DNA of 64,000 nucleotides from Myxococcales bacterium (GCA_035702105.1 DASSQZ010000235.1:2549-66548); one strand, 5' to 3'; counted from the stretch's first letter, positions 18,901 through 27,819 are shown. A program made the numbers and translations. The notes: generated from the sequence alone by a model not told the origin.

Positions 18901-19260
18901 GTGGTCTACATCGACGAGGCGTTCTACCGGCGGGTGCGGGAAGGACGGCTGCGAACGCGCGAGGACATCGTCGCCGCCCATGCCGAAGGAACGGTGCAGC
19001 GGCTGCGGCCGAAGATCATGACCATCACCACCATGGCGGCGAGCCTCTTGCCGCTGCTCTGGACCGAAGGGGCAGGCGCGGGAATCATGCGGCGGGTGGC
19101 GGCGCCCATGCTGGGAGGGCTCCTCACCAGCGCCTTTTTGACGCTGGAGGTGCTGCCGGTGCTCTACACCATCTGGCGCTACCGGCAGCTCAAGCAGGCG
19201 GAGCGCGCGGTGGTGCCGATCGCGGCCATCGTCGGCACCGCAAGGGCTGCGGCGCAATAA
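15988..19260 (+). CDS. cusA: Heavy-metal efflux RND permease (CusA/CzcA family)
   Basis: 1090 aa. N-terminus MIARLVSWCARHHWIVIG...VIPDLSDPQIGV is typical of HME-RND pumps. Two large periplasmic loops alternate with TM bundles. The listed 15319..19260 ORF is an upstream in-frame extension. Confidence 0.9.
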   Translation: MIARLVSWCARHHWIVIGAALLVSLGGELARRSLSGDVIPDLSDPQIGVVADWMGHSAPEVASRVTSVLTSALQDLPGAKAVRGSTMTGMAYVDVIFESVSGIEAAQRAVRDRVDGVRARLPRNLRLQIGPAASSTGWVFEYALTDPSLVSSLLDLRRFQDDVLRPALLAIPGVAEVASIGGDVREVRVDVKPRELRERGLAFTDVISALQPVFAKGGGVSKASLSDLREVKVGPQQGTEGARLGEVALVRLGEDMPTGMADLAGVKAVGGIVIARRDADLGKLVAQVKETLARECRKLPRRAADRERMDSGAAAEVHVNTTYDRTDLAARVRHTLLHALGEEVGVVVLVILAFLLDARSALVPMATLPVVLLLTFGAMWILGVPATIMSLGGIGIALGMAVDADIVALEASHRRLETVDAKASPAGRRRQIVAAAQSFAPAILTSLLITAISFLPVFAFTGETGRLLRPLALTKTLVVASAALVTVTLAPAIRDRLLRGKVIPEFDNPLTRGLVRIYRPFVHFALSRPALTLTTAALALASCIPILSRLGGEFLPRVEEGDLLYMPTTLPGVPPDQASVQLFWQDHAMSRFPEVASVFGKVGRAETGTDPAPYSMAETTIRLRPREEWPKVPRTRWYSGWAPAPLHRMLAAFWPDRTPRTTAELVEELDKAVRLPGWISSWTTPARARMDMMATGIRTPVGIRIVSPDPKRLDALGTALRSAAARIPGTRSAVFESLGGETRLAFDADPAALARHGVDAATVKSTVDLIVNGGQVGELEQDGRLLRVRVAPEAPDVQPRGPADQLREITVRAGRPVPLALVGHPTWVREPAQLRTEKGELIAYVYVDLADGVGLRDYVERARREVDALVASGEVRLQPGERIEWTGQYPLLMAGEKRLAWIVPIVVLSMLGLLLLQFRSLIEALLVLASVPFALVGSFWTLYLLDFPLSAPVWVGLLSVVGLAMQTGVVMVVYIDEAFYRRVREGRLRTREDIVAAHAEGTVQRLRPKIMTITTMAASLLPLLWTEGAGAGIMRRVAAPMLGGLLTSAFLTLEVLPVLYTIWRYRQLKQAERAVVPIAAIVGTARAAAQ

Positions 19261-19381
19261 CGCAGATTCCCTGGCATTGCGCCGCAGCGAGCGGGAAGGG
19301 GAATACGGGGCGATTGACGAGGACCGTGACAATGATTGATGCTGCGTCACGTCCGCCCCGATTCCTTCTCCCGGAGAATCC

Positions 19382-21859
19382 ATGCCCTTCTTCTCGCGCG
19401 CCCTTCCTGCGGCTGTGATTGGCCTCGCCTGCGCTTGCGGAGGCTCGGCCGGAGTGAGCCCCGGCGCCTGCGGCGCCGCCTCGCTTTCCGCCGGGGTCGG
19501 CCCTGCCCAGGCGGTCGCAAAGCACGCCACCGTGCAGCTCGAAGGCAGCGCCAATGGCGCGCGCGGCGACGTCTCGTACCTCTGGCGGCTCGATGCAGTG
19601 CCGGCGGGCAGCGCGGCATCGCTCTCCTCGACCAGCATCGCCCGGCCCACCTTCACCGCCGATCAGCCCGGCGTCTACGTCGCATCGCTGGTGGTCAGGG
19701 ATGGCTGCGGCAGCGCGGCGGCATCGGCGGTGATCACGGCGGCGAACCGCGCGCCGGTGGCCTCGGGAGGGCCGGATCTTCACGCCATGCCGGGAGACGT
19801 GGTCACTCTCGACGGGGGCGGCAGCAGCGACCCCGACCAGGACGCCCTCTCCTTCAACTGGGCGCTCGTCTCCAGTCCGCCGGGGAGCAGCGCGGCGCTC
19901 TCCAGCGCCTCGGCTGCGGCGCCCGTTTTCGTGCCCGACCGGTTCGGCACCTACGTCGCATTGCTGACCGTGAGCGACGGCTCGGCGAGCAGCACGCCGG
20001 TGGCCGTGGTGGTGCAGGTCGGCGTCACCGGCCCCGCCGGCAATTGTGCTCCCGCCGCCGCACCGTTGGCCTCGCCCGGATCCGACCAGACCGTCTCCTT
20101 CTCGTCGGTCGTGCAACTGGACGGGACGCGGAGCACCAGCGGCCGCGCCAGCCCTTTGACCTACAGATGGAGCCTGACCTCCGCGCCAACCGGGAGCACG
20201 GCGTCGCTCAACAATCCGGCCAGCGCGCAACCGTTCTTCTTCATCGACCGGGTGGGCGTCTACGTCCTCACGCTGGTGGTGAACGACGGGTGCGTCGACA
20301 GCGCTCCGGCCACCGTCAAGGTGACGCGCCTGAACAGTCCGCCCACCGCTGGCGTCTTCATCTCCAGCTCGACGATTCCGATTCTGGTGCCGGTCACTTT
20401 CCAGACCTTCGTGAACGACGCCGACAACGATCCGCTCACCTTCCGCTGGCAGGTGGTCAACGCTCCGCCCGGCAGCGCCGCTTCGTTCACGGACGCCACG
20501 CGCATCGATCCGGGCTTCACGCCCGACGTCGCAGGCTCGTATACGCTCTCACTGGTTGTCAGCGATCCGGTCTCCTCGAGCGCGCCGGCGGTCATCACCT
20601 TTCCTGCGGCGAATTTGCCTCCGGTCGCGGCGGTCGGGCCTGATCAGGCCGGTACGCTCGGCGTCACGGTGACGCTCGATGGGTCTGCCAGCCTGGACCC
20701 CAGCCGGCGCCTGCTCGGCTTTTCCTGGACGCTCCAGGGTCCGCCGGGAAGCGCGGCCGCACTGGTCGGCTCGACGACTTCGAAGCCCACCTTCGTTCCC
20801 GACGTGACGGGCACGTATCTCGCGCAGCTCACCGTCAGCGCCGGCGGCCTCAATGCCCAGGCCAGGGTCTCCGTGGCGGTTTGGCCGGGTGTGGCGCGTC
20901 TGACCTACCGGGTGATCGATGCCGACTATTCCACCGCCCTGGACCGGCTCGTCGCCGTGGCGGCGGATCCGAACGCGCTTCATCTCTACGATCCGCGCAC
21001 CGCGACCGACACGGCCGTCGCCCTGCCGCTCACGCCCGAGAGCGTGAGTCTGAGCGGCGACGGGCTCTTCGCCGCCGTGGCGCACGACGGCGCCGTCTCC
21101 TATGTGGATCTGGCGGGGGCGGCGGTGGTGAGGACGCTCCCCTTCGTCGGAGACCAGGCGTTCGCCCTCCTGGGCGACAACGCGTTCGTCTATACCGCCC
21201 AGCGCGGCCCGGCCGGCGATCACGTCCGTCTGCTGGCGCAGCCGGTGGCGGGTGGCGCGATCACCACCGTCATCTCGTCGCTCACGGGCCCGGCACACGC
21301 GCGCGTCCGCAACGGTGCCGGCGCGTTGTATCTGGCCAGCGACTCGCAGTTCTTCGGCGGCATCGAGAAGTACGCGCTTTCCGGCGGGACGCCCGCGCTC
21401 GTGACGCCGGCGAACAGCGTCTTCACCAGCTCGTGCGCCAACCTCTGGTTGTCCCAGGCCGGCACGCGACTCTTCACTCGCTGCGGTGCGGTCTTGCACG
21501 CTTCCAGCGCGGCGATCGAAGATCTCACCAATGCGGGGACGCTCGCGCACGCGGCGAGCAGCCAGTTGTTCCTGCGCCACCTCTCCGACTCGACCGCGGC
21601 CGGGGAGATCTCCGCCATCGCCACCGCGGACTCGCAGTTCTTCAATACGACGGACGACCAGACCCTTCGGCGCTGGGACTCGAACGGCCTCGTGCTTCGG
21701 GAGTCGGTGCCGTTCCCGTTGGAGGCCGTGGGGACCGGGTCCTTCAAGTGGAGCGGCCGGTTCGTCTTCTACCGATCCGACGGGAGCGAGCGCTACGTCG
21801 TCCTCCAGCTCGACCCCGCAGCGGCGGTGCTGCAGGACTTCGGGGTGGCGATCTTCTAG
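19382..21859 (+). CDS. Lipoprotein with five PKD-like repeats and a C-terminal ~320-aa domain of unknown fold
   Basis: 825 aa; lipobox IGLACAC-GGS. Five ~93-aa repeats have the consensus L(S/T)(F/Y)xWxL...P.GS.A.L......P.F.PD..G.Y...L.V.DG. Confidence 0.75.
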   Translation: MPFFSRALPAAVIGLACACGGSAGVSPGACGAASLSAGVGPAQAVAKHATVQLEGSANGARGDVSYLWRLDAVPAGSAASLSSTSIARPTFTADQPGVYVASLVVRDGCGSAAASAVITAANRAPVASGGPDLHAMPGDVVTLDGGGSSDPDQDALSFNWALVSSPPGSSAALSSASAAAPVFVPDRFGTYVALLTVSDGSASSTPVAVVVQVGVTGPAGNCAPAAAPLASPGSDQTVSFSSVVQLDGTRSTSGRASPLTYRWSLTSAPTGSTASLNNPASAQPFFFIDRVGVYVLTLVVNDGCVDSAPATVKVTRLNSPPTAGVFISSSTIPILVPVTFQTFVNDADNDPLTFRWQVVNAPPGSAASFTDATRIDPGFTPDVAGSYTLSLVVSDPVSSSAPAVITFPAANLPPVAAVGPDQAGTLGVTVTLDGSASLDPSRRLLGFSWTLQGPPGSAAALVGSTTSKPTFVPDVTGTYLAQLTVSAGGLNAQARVSVAVWPGVARLTYRVIDADYSTALDRLVAVAADPNALHLYDPRTATDTAVALPLTPESVSLSGDGLFAAVAHDGAVSYVDLAGAAVVRTLPFVGDQAFALLGDNAFVYTAQRGPAGDHVRLLAQPVAGGAITTVISSLTGPAHARVRNGAGALYLASDSQFFGGIEKYALSGGTPALVTPANSVFTSSCANLWLSQAGTRLFTRCGAVLHASSAAIEDLTNAGTLAHAASSQLFLRHLSDSTAAGEISAIATADSQFFNTTDDQTLRRWDSNGLVLRESVPFPLEAVGTGSFKWSGRFVFYRSDGSERYVVLQLDPAAAVLQDFGVAIF

Positions 21860-21895
21860 TTCGTCCGGAAGGGGAGTGCGCGATATCATCCGCGC

Positions 21896-22723
21896 ATGGG
21901 CTTGCGGGGAGCAATGGCGGTGGCGCTGGCGGCGGCATTCGCGCTGCCTGCGCGGGCATCGGAGCATGACGTGCGCGCGCAGTTGCAGGTCGTGGCGGGC
22001 CGGAGCGTCTTCTTCGGGCACCAGTCGGTGGGCATGAACCTGATCGAGGGCCTGCGCGAGCTGTCGGCGGAGCAGGGCGTGCCGCTGCGGGTGGTGGAGG
22101 CAAAGGGCCGCCTCGACGTTACCGCCGGCACCTTCGCGCATTCGTACATCGCCGAGAACGGCGACCCGATGCACAAGCTGCGCAGCTTCGCCCAGGCGCT
22201 CGACGGCGCCGCTGCCGAGCCCGCGCTCGCCCTGATGAAATTCTGCTTCGTCGACTTCCGCCCGGACACCGACGCGCGGGCGCTCTTCGCCAGCTATCAG
22301 GAGACGCTCGCGGGGCTGAAAGCGCGCCATCCCGGCATCGCCTTCGTCCACGTCACCACGCCGCTCACCACCGTGCAGGGCGGGATGAAGGGCGCGCTGA
22401 AGCGCCTTCTCGGCAGGGCGCCCGCGGGATTGCTCGAGAACGAGCGCCGCGAGGAATACAACGCGCTCCTGCGCGCGGCGTACCGCGGGCGCGAGCCCTT
22501 CTTCGATCTCGCGGAGGCGGAGTCCACGCGCCCCGACGGTACCCGCGAGACGGCCGAGTGGCACGGCGCGGCGGTGCCCGCGCTGGTGCCTGCCTACACC
22601 GTCGATGGAGCGCACCTGGCCGGCGATGGCCGGCTCCGGGTCGCGCGAAGGTTCCTCGCCGTGCTCGCGTCGGCGCCGGTGGGTGCCGGTGTGGCTCCGC
22701 CCCAGGCCTCGCGCCAGCCCTGA
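21896..22723 (+). CDS. Secreted hypothetical protein
   Basis: 275 aa; signal peptide MGLRGAMAVALAAAFALPARA-SE. Good GC3 coding signal. I recognise no diagnostic motif. Confidence 0.6.
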   Translation: MGLRGAMAVALAAAFALPARASEHDVRAQLQVVAGRSVFFGHQSVGMNLIEGLRELSAEQGVPLRVVEAKGRLDVTAGTFAHSYIAENGDPMHKLRSFAQALDGAAAEPALALMKFCFVDFRPDTDARALFASYQETLAGLKARHPGIAFVHVTTPLTTVQGGMKGALKRLLGRAPAGLLENERREEYNALLRAAYRGREPFFDLAEAESTRPDGTRETAEWHGAAVPALVPAYTVDGAHLAGDGRLRVARRFLAVLASAPVGAGVAPPQASRQP

Positions 22724-22761
22724 AACCGGAGGCGCAGCGGTCCTGTGGTATTTGGAATTCC

Positions 22762-23730
22762 ATGATCAGTCCGGACGTCCTGCGCCTCGATCCTGCAGCC
22801 TCGGTGGAATCCATCGCCGCCATCCTCCGGCGCCAGGTGATGGGAGATCTGCACCGCCGCGGGGCGGTGGTTGGCGTCTCGGGCGGGGTGGACAGCGCGG
22901 TGGTGGCGGCGCTCTGCGCCCGCGCCCTGGGCAAGGAGCGCGTGCTGGCGCTGTTCATGCCCGAGCGCGACTCCTCCGCCGACTCGCTGCGCCTGGGCCG
23001 CATGCTCACCGAGCGCCTCGGCATCCCTTCGCTGGTGGAGGACATCGCCCCGGCGCTGCAGGGCATCGGCTGCTATGCGCGCCAGGTCGCCGCCATCCGC
23101 GAGGTCTTTCCGGCGTACGGAGAGGGCTGGCGCTGCAAGCTCACGCTGCCGCCGATCCTCGATTCCGAGCGGCTCAACGTCTTCCAGCTCACCGTGCAGA
23201 GCCCCACCGGCGAGCAGCACACCTCGCGCATGCCGGCGGCGGCCTATCTCGCGCTGGTGGCCGCCACCAATCTCAAGCAGCGCGTGCGCAAGACCATCGA
23301 GTACACCCACGCCGACCGCCTGCAGTACGCGGTGGCGGGCACGCCCAACCTGCTCGAGTACGACCAGGGCTTCTTCGTCAAGCAGGGCGACGGCGCCGCC
23401 GACGTGAAGCCCATCGCCCACCTCTACAAGACGCAGGTGTACCAGCTGGCGGAGTACCTGGGCGTTCCCGAGGAGATCCGCAGCCGCCCGCCCACCACCG
23501 ACACCTACTCGATGGAGCAGACGCAGGAGGAGTTCTACTTCGCGCTTCCCTGGAACCGCATGGACCTCTGCCTCTGGGCCCACGACCACGGCGTGCTGCC
23601 GGTGGACGCGGCGCCGGCGCTGCAGATCACCGAGGCGCAGGCGGCGCGCATCTACAAGGACATCGACAACAAGCGGCGCACCACCCGCTACCTGCACCAG
23701 CCGCCGCTGATGATCGCGGAAGACGGCTGA
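22762..23730 (+). CDS. nadE: NAD+ synthetase (PP-loop ATP pyrophosphatase)
   Basis: 322 aa from MISPDVLRLD (ATG 22762). PP-loop SGGVDS in VVGVSGGVDSAVVAAL. Overall NadE-like layout. Confidence 0.85.
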   Translation: MISPDVLRLDPAASVESIAAILRRQVMGDLHRRGAVVGVSGGVDSAVVAALCARALGKERVLALFMPERDSSADSLRLGRMLTERLGIPSLVEDIAPALQGIGCYARQVAAIREVFPAYGEGWRCKLTLPPILDSERLNVFQLTVQSPTGEQHTSRMPAAAYLALVAATNLKQRVRKTIEYTHADRLQYAVAGTPNLLEYDQGFFVKQGDGAADVKPIAHLYKTQVYQLAEYLGVPEEIRSRPPTTDTYSMEQTQEEFYFALPWNRMDLCLWAHDHGVLPVDAAPALQITEAQAARIYKDIDNKRRTTRYLHQPPLMIAEDG

Positions 23731-23808
23731 GCCCGCCCGCAGATCCAGCCGTCCAGAACGGGTGAGGGAGGTGACGCCGCCGCGCACCGCCCAAAGAAGG
23801 AGCCGGAG

Positions 23809-25044
23809 CTACTGGATGACGGCGCTCCGATCGGCGCTCGACGAGTAGCGGTTCTCGACCGCGGGATCTCCCGCGGCCACCCAGATGGTCGACCACCGGC
23901 ACGCCGTCCCCGGTGGAATGGACACCCCCGGGATCGCCGGCAGGGACGCCTCGGTCCCGGCGCTCTCCACGCCGCGATAGTGAATGCCGCGGGTGACCGC
24001 GCCGTCCTTCCATTCATCGCACTCCATGTCGAGCAAGTACTTCCCGCCCGGCAGGACCGGGGTCCAGCGAAAGACGGTGGATGGACCGATCGCCGCGCCC
24101 TCCAAAGGCTCGAGCAGCGACGGGGCCCCAGGGAGATCGAAGCTCAGCCCGCTCGCCGGAGCGGCGACACCGCGCGCGTGACCGGCGAATGCCGGATGAC
24201 GGGTTCCGCCAGCCACGGCGGTTGCCGAGAACGTGATCCAGGGCTGGCTGCCGTCCACCCGCGGCACCGGGTAGTCGAATTGCGCGGGCCGCCCGGAGAC
24301 GGTTCCGGCCCCGACGCCATACAAGTCATAGCGACCGAACCGCAACGCCACGGAGGAGTGCAGCTCCGCCTGCGCGAACGCGTCCGCCGCGAACACCTGC
24401 CCGCTGACCCGCGCCTCGGAGACAGGGGCGAGCTGGAGGGTCACTCCGGTCAAGCTTCCCCCGGAGCCGAGAAAGCCGGTCGTGTCGGTGGCCGTCACCC
24501 GGCGCGACGCGAAGCGGAGGTAACGTCCGGGCGGGCTGGCGGCATCCGTCTCCAGCGCGCGCAGATCGAACGGGTAGGTTGGCCCTCCCTCCCACCAGAT
24601 CCCCTGGGAATCGCTGAAGGTCCCGTCCGCAGCCGCAAGGACGCCCCCGATCCGCACAACCGTGTCCGGTTCTCCCGAGCGCCCCGTCACGGTCCCGGAG
24701 ACGCTGGACTTGTAGATCTGGGCGAGCGACCCGTCGACCTCGGCGACGAGCGGGTTCGCGGTCTGCCCGATCAGGCGCCAGATCTTGTCGTTCTGGTGGG
24801 CCACGCCATGGCTGTCCGTGAACCTCATCGGCTGGTGGATGAGCACGGTGTACGGCGCTGCGGTGGCGGCAAATCGCGCCTCGCCGCTGCTACCCGTCGT
24901 GACCCAGCGCTGATCGCCCACCTGGACCTCGACGCCGGCGATCGACGTGCCGCCGTACTCCGAGACCGTCCGGACGATCAATCCCTCGTCGCCGGCGCAT
25001 CCAACCGAGGCGACGATCGTGAGGGCTCCGATGGTTGCGCGCAT
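23809..25044 (-). CDS. Lipoprotein with N-terminal carboxypeptidase-regulatory-like domain
   Basis: 411 aa from MRATIGALTIVASVGC-AGD (ATG 25044). GLIVRTVSEYGGTSIAGVEVQVGDQRWVTTGSSGEARF matches the CarboxypepD_reg pattern. The remainder is unknown. Confidence 0.65.
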   Translation of the reverse strand: MRATIGALTIVASVGCAGDEGLIVRTVSEYGGTSIAGVEVQVGDQRWVTTGSSGEARFAATAAPYTVLIHQPMRFTDSHGVAHQNDKIWRLIGQTANPLVAEVDGSLAQIYKSSVSGTVTGRSGEPDTVVRIGGVLAAADGTFSDSQGIWWEGGPTYPFDLRALETDAASPPGRYLRFASRRVTATDTTGFLGSGGSLTGVTLQLAPVSEARVSGQVFAADAFAQAELHSSVALRFGRYDLYGVGAGTVSGRPAQFDYPVPRVDGSQPWITFSATAVAGGTRHPAFAGHARGVAAPASGLSFDLPGAPSLLEPLEGAAIGPSTVFRWTPVLPGGKYLLDMECDEWKDGAVTRGIHYRGVESAGTEASLPAIPGVSIPPGTACRWSTIWVAAGDPAVENRYSSSADRSAVIQ

Positions 25045-25223
25045 CGACAGACCCCGGATTCTCGGGATTGCATACGCGATACCGACCAATGGCGTCAAAC
25101 CGCCCGCGACCCGGCGTCCTGCCTTCGACGACCGCTTCCGGGACGGCCCGTCCCGGATCCGGGCAGTTTCCCGGCGCGCCACCCCGGCAAAGGCTGGCAT
25201 GCGGTTCGCTACCTGCCGGAAAG

Positions 25224-27635
25224 ATGGAAGACCTTCTCAGCGATCTGCGCCTCGCGGTCCGCGGCATGTTGCGCGCACCCGCCTTCACCGCCGCCGCCGT
25301 CGCCGCGCTCTCCCTTGGCATCGGTGGGAGCAGCGCCATCTTCAGCGTCCTCGACGGCGTGGTGCTGCAGCCGCTGAAAGCGCCTCATGCGGCCGAGCTG
25401 GTGCGGGTCTACGAAACGTTCCCGTCGGGAGAGCCGGACAGCTTCTCGCCCGCGGATTTCCTCGACCTGGCGGCAGAGAACGGCTCGCTGCAGGCGGTCG
25501 CCGGCATCCGCCCGGCGAGCCTGACCATGACCACTTCGGCGGGTCCGGTGCAGATCACCGCCGCCCGCATCACCTCCGGCTTCTTTCCGGCACTGGGCAT
25601 CAATCCCGCGCGCGGGCGAGGTTTTTCGCCCGAGCTCGACAAGTCAGGCGGCCCGCACGAAGTCGTCCTCACCGACGTTCTCTGGCGGCGCGAGTTCTCC
25701 GCCGACCCGCGGATTCTCGGCCAGGCGGTCACGCTCGACGGCCAGCTCTGCACGGTGGTCGGCGTGATGCCGCCCGGCTTCCGCTTTCCCATGCTCAAGG
25801 GCGCCGAGGCGCTGGTGCCGATGGCGTGGAGCCAGGAGGACCTCGCCAACCGCGGCATGCACATGTTCAACGGCTTCGCCCGGCTCAAGCCCGGCGTCTC
25901 GGTCCAGCAGGCGCGCGCGGAGCTGGCGACGGTGGGCAAGCGCATCGCCTCGCGGCTGCCCGAGCACGTCGGGAGATCGATGACGGCCAGGCCGCTGCTC
26001 GACGACCTGGTGGGGCCGGTGAAGCCGCTGCTCCAGGCGCTGCTCGGCGCGGTGATGTTCGTGTTGCTGATCGCCTGCGCCAACGTGGCCAGCATGCTCC
26101 TGGCGCGAGGTGCGGCGCGGCAGCGGGAGATGGCCATCCGCGCGGCGTTGGGCGGCAACCGGCGGCGGCTGGTCCGCCAGCTGCTCACGGAATCGCTCCT
26201 GCTCTCGCTCCTGGGCGGCGCGCTCGGGGTGGCGCTTGCGACCTGGGGAGTGGACGCGCTGGTGGCGCTCGCGCCCAGGGACATTCCGCGCATCGACGAA
26301 GTGAGGCTGAACGGCGCCGTGCTGGCGTTCGCGCTGGCGGTTTCCATCGGCGCGGGCCTCCTGGCGGGCCTGTGGCCTTCGTTGCAGTCGAGCCGGCCCG
26401 ATCTCGCCGAGGCGCTCAAGGAGGGCTCTGGCGGCGCAACCTCGCGCGGTCGGGCGCGGTCGGTGCTGGTGGTCGTCGAGGTCGCTCTCGCCCTCGTCCT
26501 GGTGGTGGGCGCCGGACTGATGATCCGCACGCTGCAGCGCCTTCTCGACGTTCCGGTCGGGCTGGCAGACCCGGCCCGCGTGCTGGTGGCCGACGTCGAC
26601 CTGCCGCCTCAGAAGTATCCCAGGGACGACCAGGTCAATGCCTTCCAGACCGAAGTGCTCCGCCGCGTGCAGGCGCTGCCGGGCGTATTCTCGGCGGCCC
26701 TCGCCAGCAACATTCCGCTCGATGGGCGCTATTTTGCGATCCTCGGTTTCCAGATCGCCGATCAGCCGCGGCCGCCGCCCGGTCAGGGTCCGGAAGCGGA
26801 GACGGTCTGGGCCACGCCCGGCTATCTCAAGACGCTGGGCATTCCCCTTCTGAGCGGCCGCGAACTCGCTTCCACCGACACGGCGAAATCGCCGCGCGTG
26901 GTCCTGGTCAACGAGGCTTTCGTCCGCAAGTATCTTCCCGGCGGCGACGCCATCGGCAAACGCCTCGACCACTTCCAGGGCAAGGACGAGGACGCGTGGG
27001 AGATCGTCGGCGTCATCGGCCAGGTCCATACCAGCGGGCTCGACAAGGCGCCGGAGCCGCAGATCGTCGTGCCCAATGCGCAGTCCGGTGTGCCCTTCAT
27101 GCGCTTGGCCGTGCGCGCGTCGTCGGGCCGCCCGATGGACCTGGCCGGTCTCGTGCGCACCGAGATCGCCGCGGTCGATCGCGACCAGCCCTTCGCCCAT
27201 CCGCGCACGCTGGAATGGGTGGTGAGCCAGTCGGTGGGGCAGCGCCGCTTCCAGATGCTCGTGCTCACGATCTTCGGCGTGGTGGCGGTGACGCTGGCCG
27301 CGCTCGGCATCTACGGCGTGATCGCGTACTCGGTGGAGCAGAGGGCGCGCGAGTTCGCCATCCGCATGGCGCTGGGCGCGCAGGCCTCCGCTGTCATGCG
27401 GATGGTGGTGGGCGGTGGGCTGCGCCTGGCGCTGATCGGCGTCTTGCTCGGCCTGGCCGGTTCGCTGGCCCTGACCAAGGCGATCGGCGCCTCGCTCTGG
27501 CAGGTGAGCGCCACCGACCCGCTCACCTTCACGCTGGTCGCCGCGCTGGTGCTGGCGGTCGCCGCGTTTGCCAGCTGGGTCCCGGCCAGGCGGGTCACGC
27601 ACGTCGACCCCATGGGCCCGCTGCGCGCGGAGTAG
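25224..27635 (+). CDS. Duplicated MacB/FtsX-type ABC permease (ADOP-like orphan permease)
   Basis: 803 aa from MEDLLSDLRLAVRGMLRAPAFTAAAV (ATG 25224), the conserved N-terminus of this family. Two FtsX 4-TM modules, each preceded by a large periplasmic domain. No ATPase gene is adjacent. Confidence 0.85.
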   Translation: MEDLLSDLRLAVRGMLRAPAFTAAAVAALSLGIGGSSAIFSVLDGVVLQPLKAPHAAELVRVYETFPSGEPDSFSPADFLDLAAENGSLQAVAGIRPASLTMTTSAGPVQITAARITSGFFPALGINPARGRGFSPELDKSGGPHEVVLTDVLWRREFSADPRILGQAVTLDGQLCTVVGVMPPGFRFPMLKGAEALVPMAWSQEDLANRGMHMFNGFARLKPGVSVQQARAELATVGKRIASRLPEHVGRSMTARPLLDDLVGPVKPLLQALLGAVMFVLLIACANVASMLLARGAARQREMAIRAALGGNRRRLVRQLLTESLLLSLLGGALGVALATWGVDALVALAPRDIPRIDEVRLNGAVLAFALAVSIGAGLLAGLWPSLQSSRPDLAEALKEGSGGATSRGRARSVLVVVEVALALVLVVGAGLMIRTLQRLLDVPVGLADPARVLVADVDLPPQKYPRDDQVNAFQTEVLRRVQALPGVFSAALASNIPLDGRYFAILGFQIADQPRPPPGQGPEAETVWATPGYLKTLGIPLLSGRELASTDTAKSPRVVLVNEAFVRKYLPGGDAIGKRLDHFQGKDEDAWEIVGVIGQVHTSGLDKAPEPQIVVPNAQSGVPFMRLAVRASSGRPMDLAGLVRTEIAAVDRDQPFAHPRTLEWVVSQSVGQRRFQMLVLTIFGVVAVTLAALGIYGVIAYSVEQRAREFAIRMALGAQASAVMRMVVGGGLRLALIGVLLGLAGSLALTKAIGASLWQVSATDPLTFTLVAALVLAVAAFASWVPARRVTHVDPMGPLRAE

Positions 27636-27640
27636 CCAGT

Positions 27641-27704
27641 CTCACCTCCCGCCGCGGCGGCCTTCTTGCGTGAGACGCAGGCGGCCATCTGGGCGATGGA
27701 GCCC
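27641..27704 (-). pseudogene. Ghost copy of the 3' end of the acyl carrier protein gene found at 47392..47652
   Basis: By my manual alignment, 64 nt match 47386-47449 at 56/64 positions, in the same orientation. Encodes ..SIAQMAACVSRKKAAAA versus ..SIAQVAAYVSRKKAAAA. The TGA stop has become GGA. No ACP-like sequence lies upstream of it. Confidence 0.6.
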
Positions 27705-27819
27705 GCGGGGTGAGCCCGGCGGAACGAATTGAACCCCGCTGCGGATTGGCGCATCCTTCCCGCCGCGGCGTCGTCGTCCCGCGAGCGGTCTCCCCTCGAG
27801 GCGCCCAGGCGAGGTCCCC

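Noticed and set aside
15936-19656. 1160-aa plus-strand and 1098-aa minus-strand ORFs overlapping the RND pump gene
   Set aside because: Off-frame and antisense shadows of cusA. Their composition (R, G, P, A, H runs) is not protein-like, and they have no TM pattern.
20549-22615. 688-aa minus-strand ORF across the PKD lipoprotein and the secreted-protein genes
   Set aside because: Antisense shadow spanning two real plus-strand genes. Arg-rich, with no motif.
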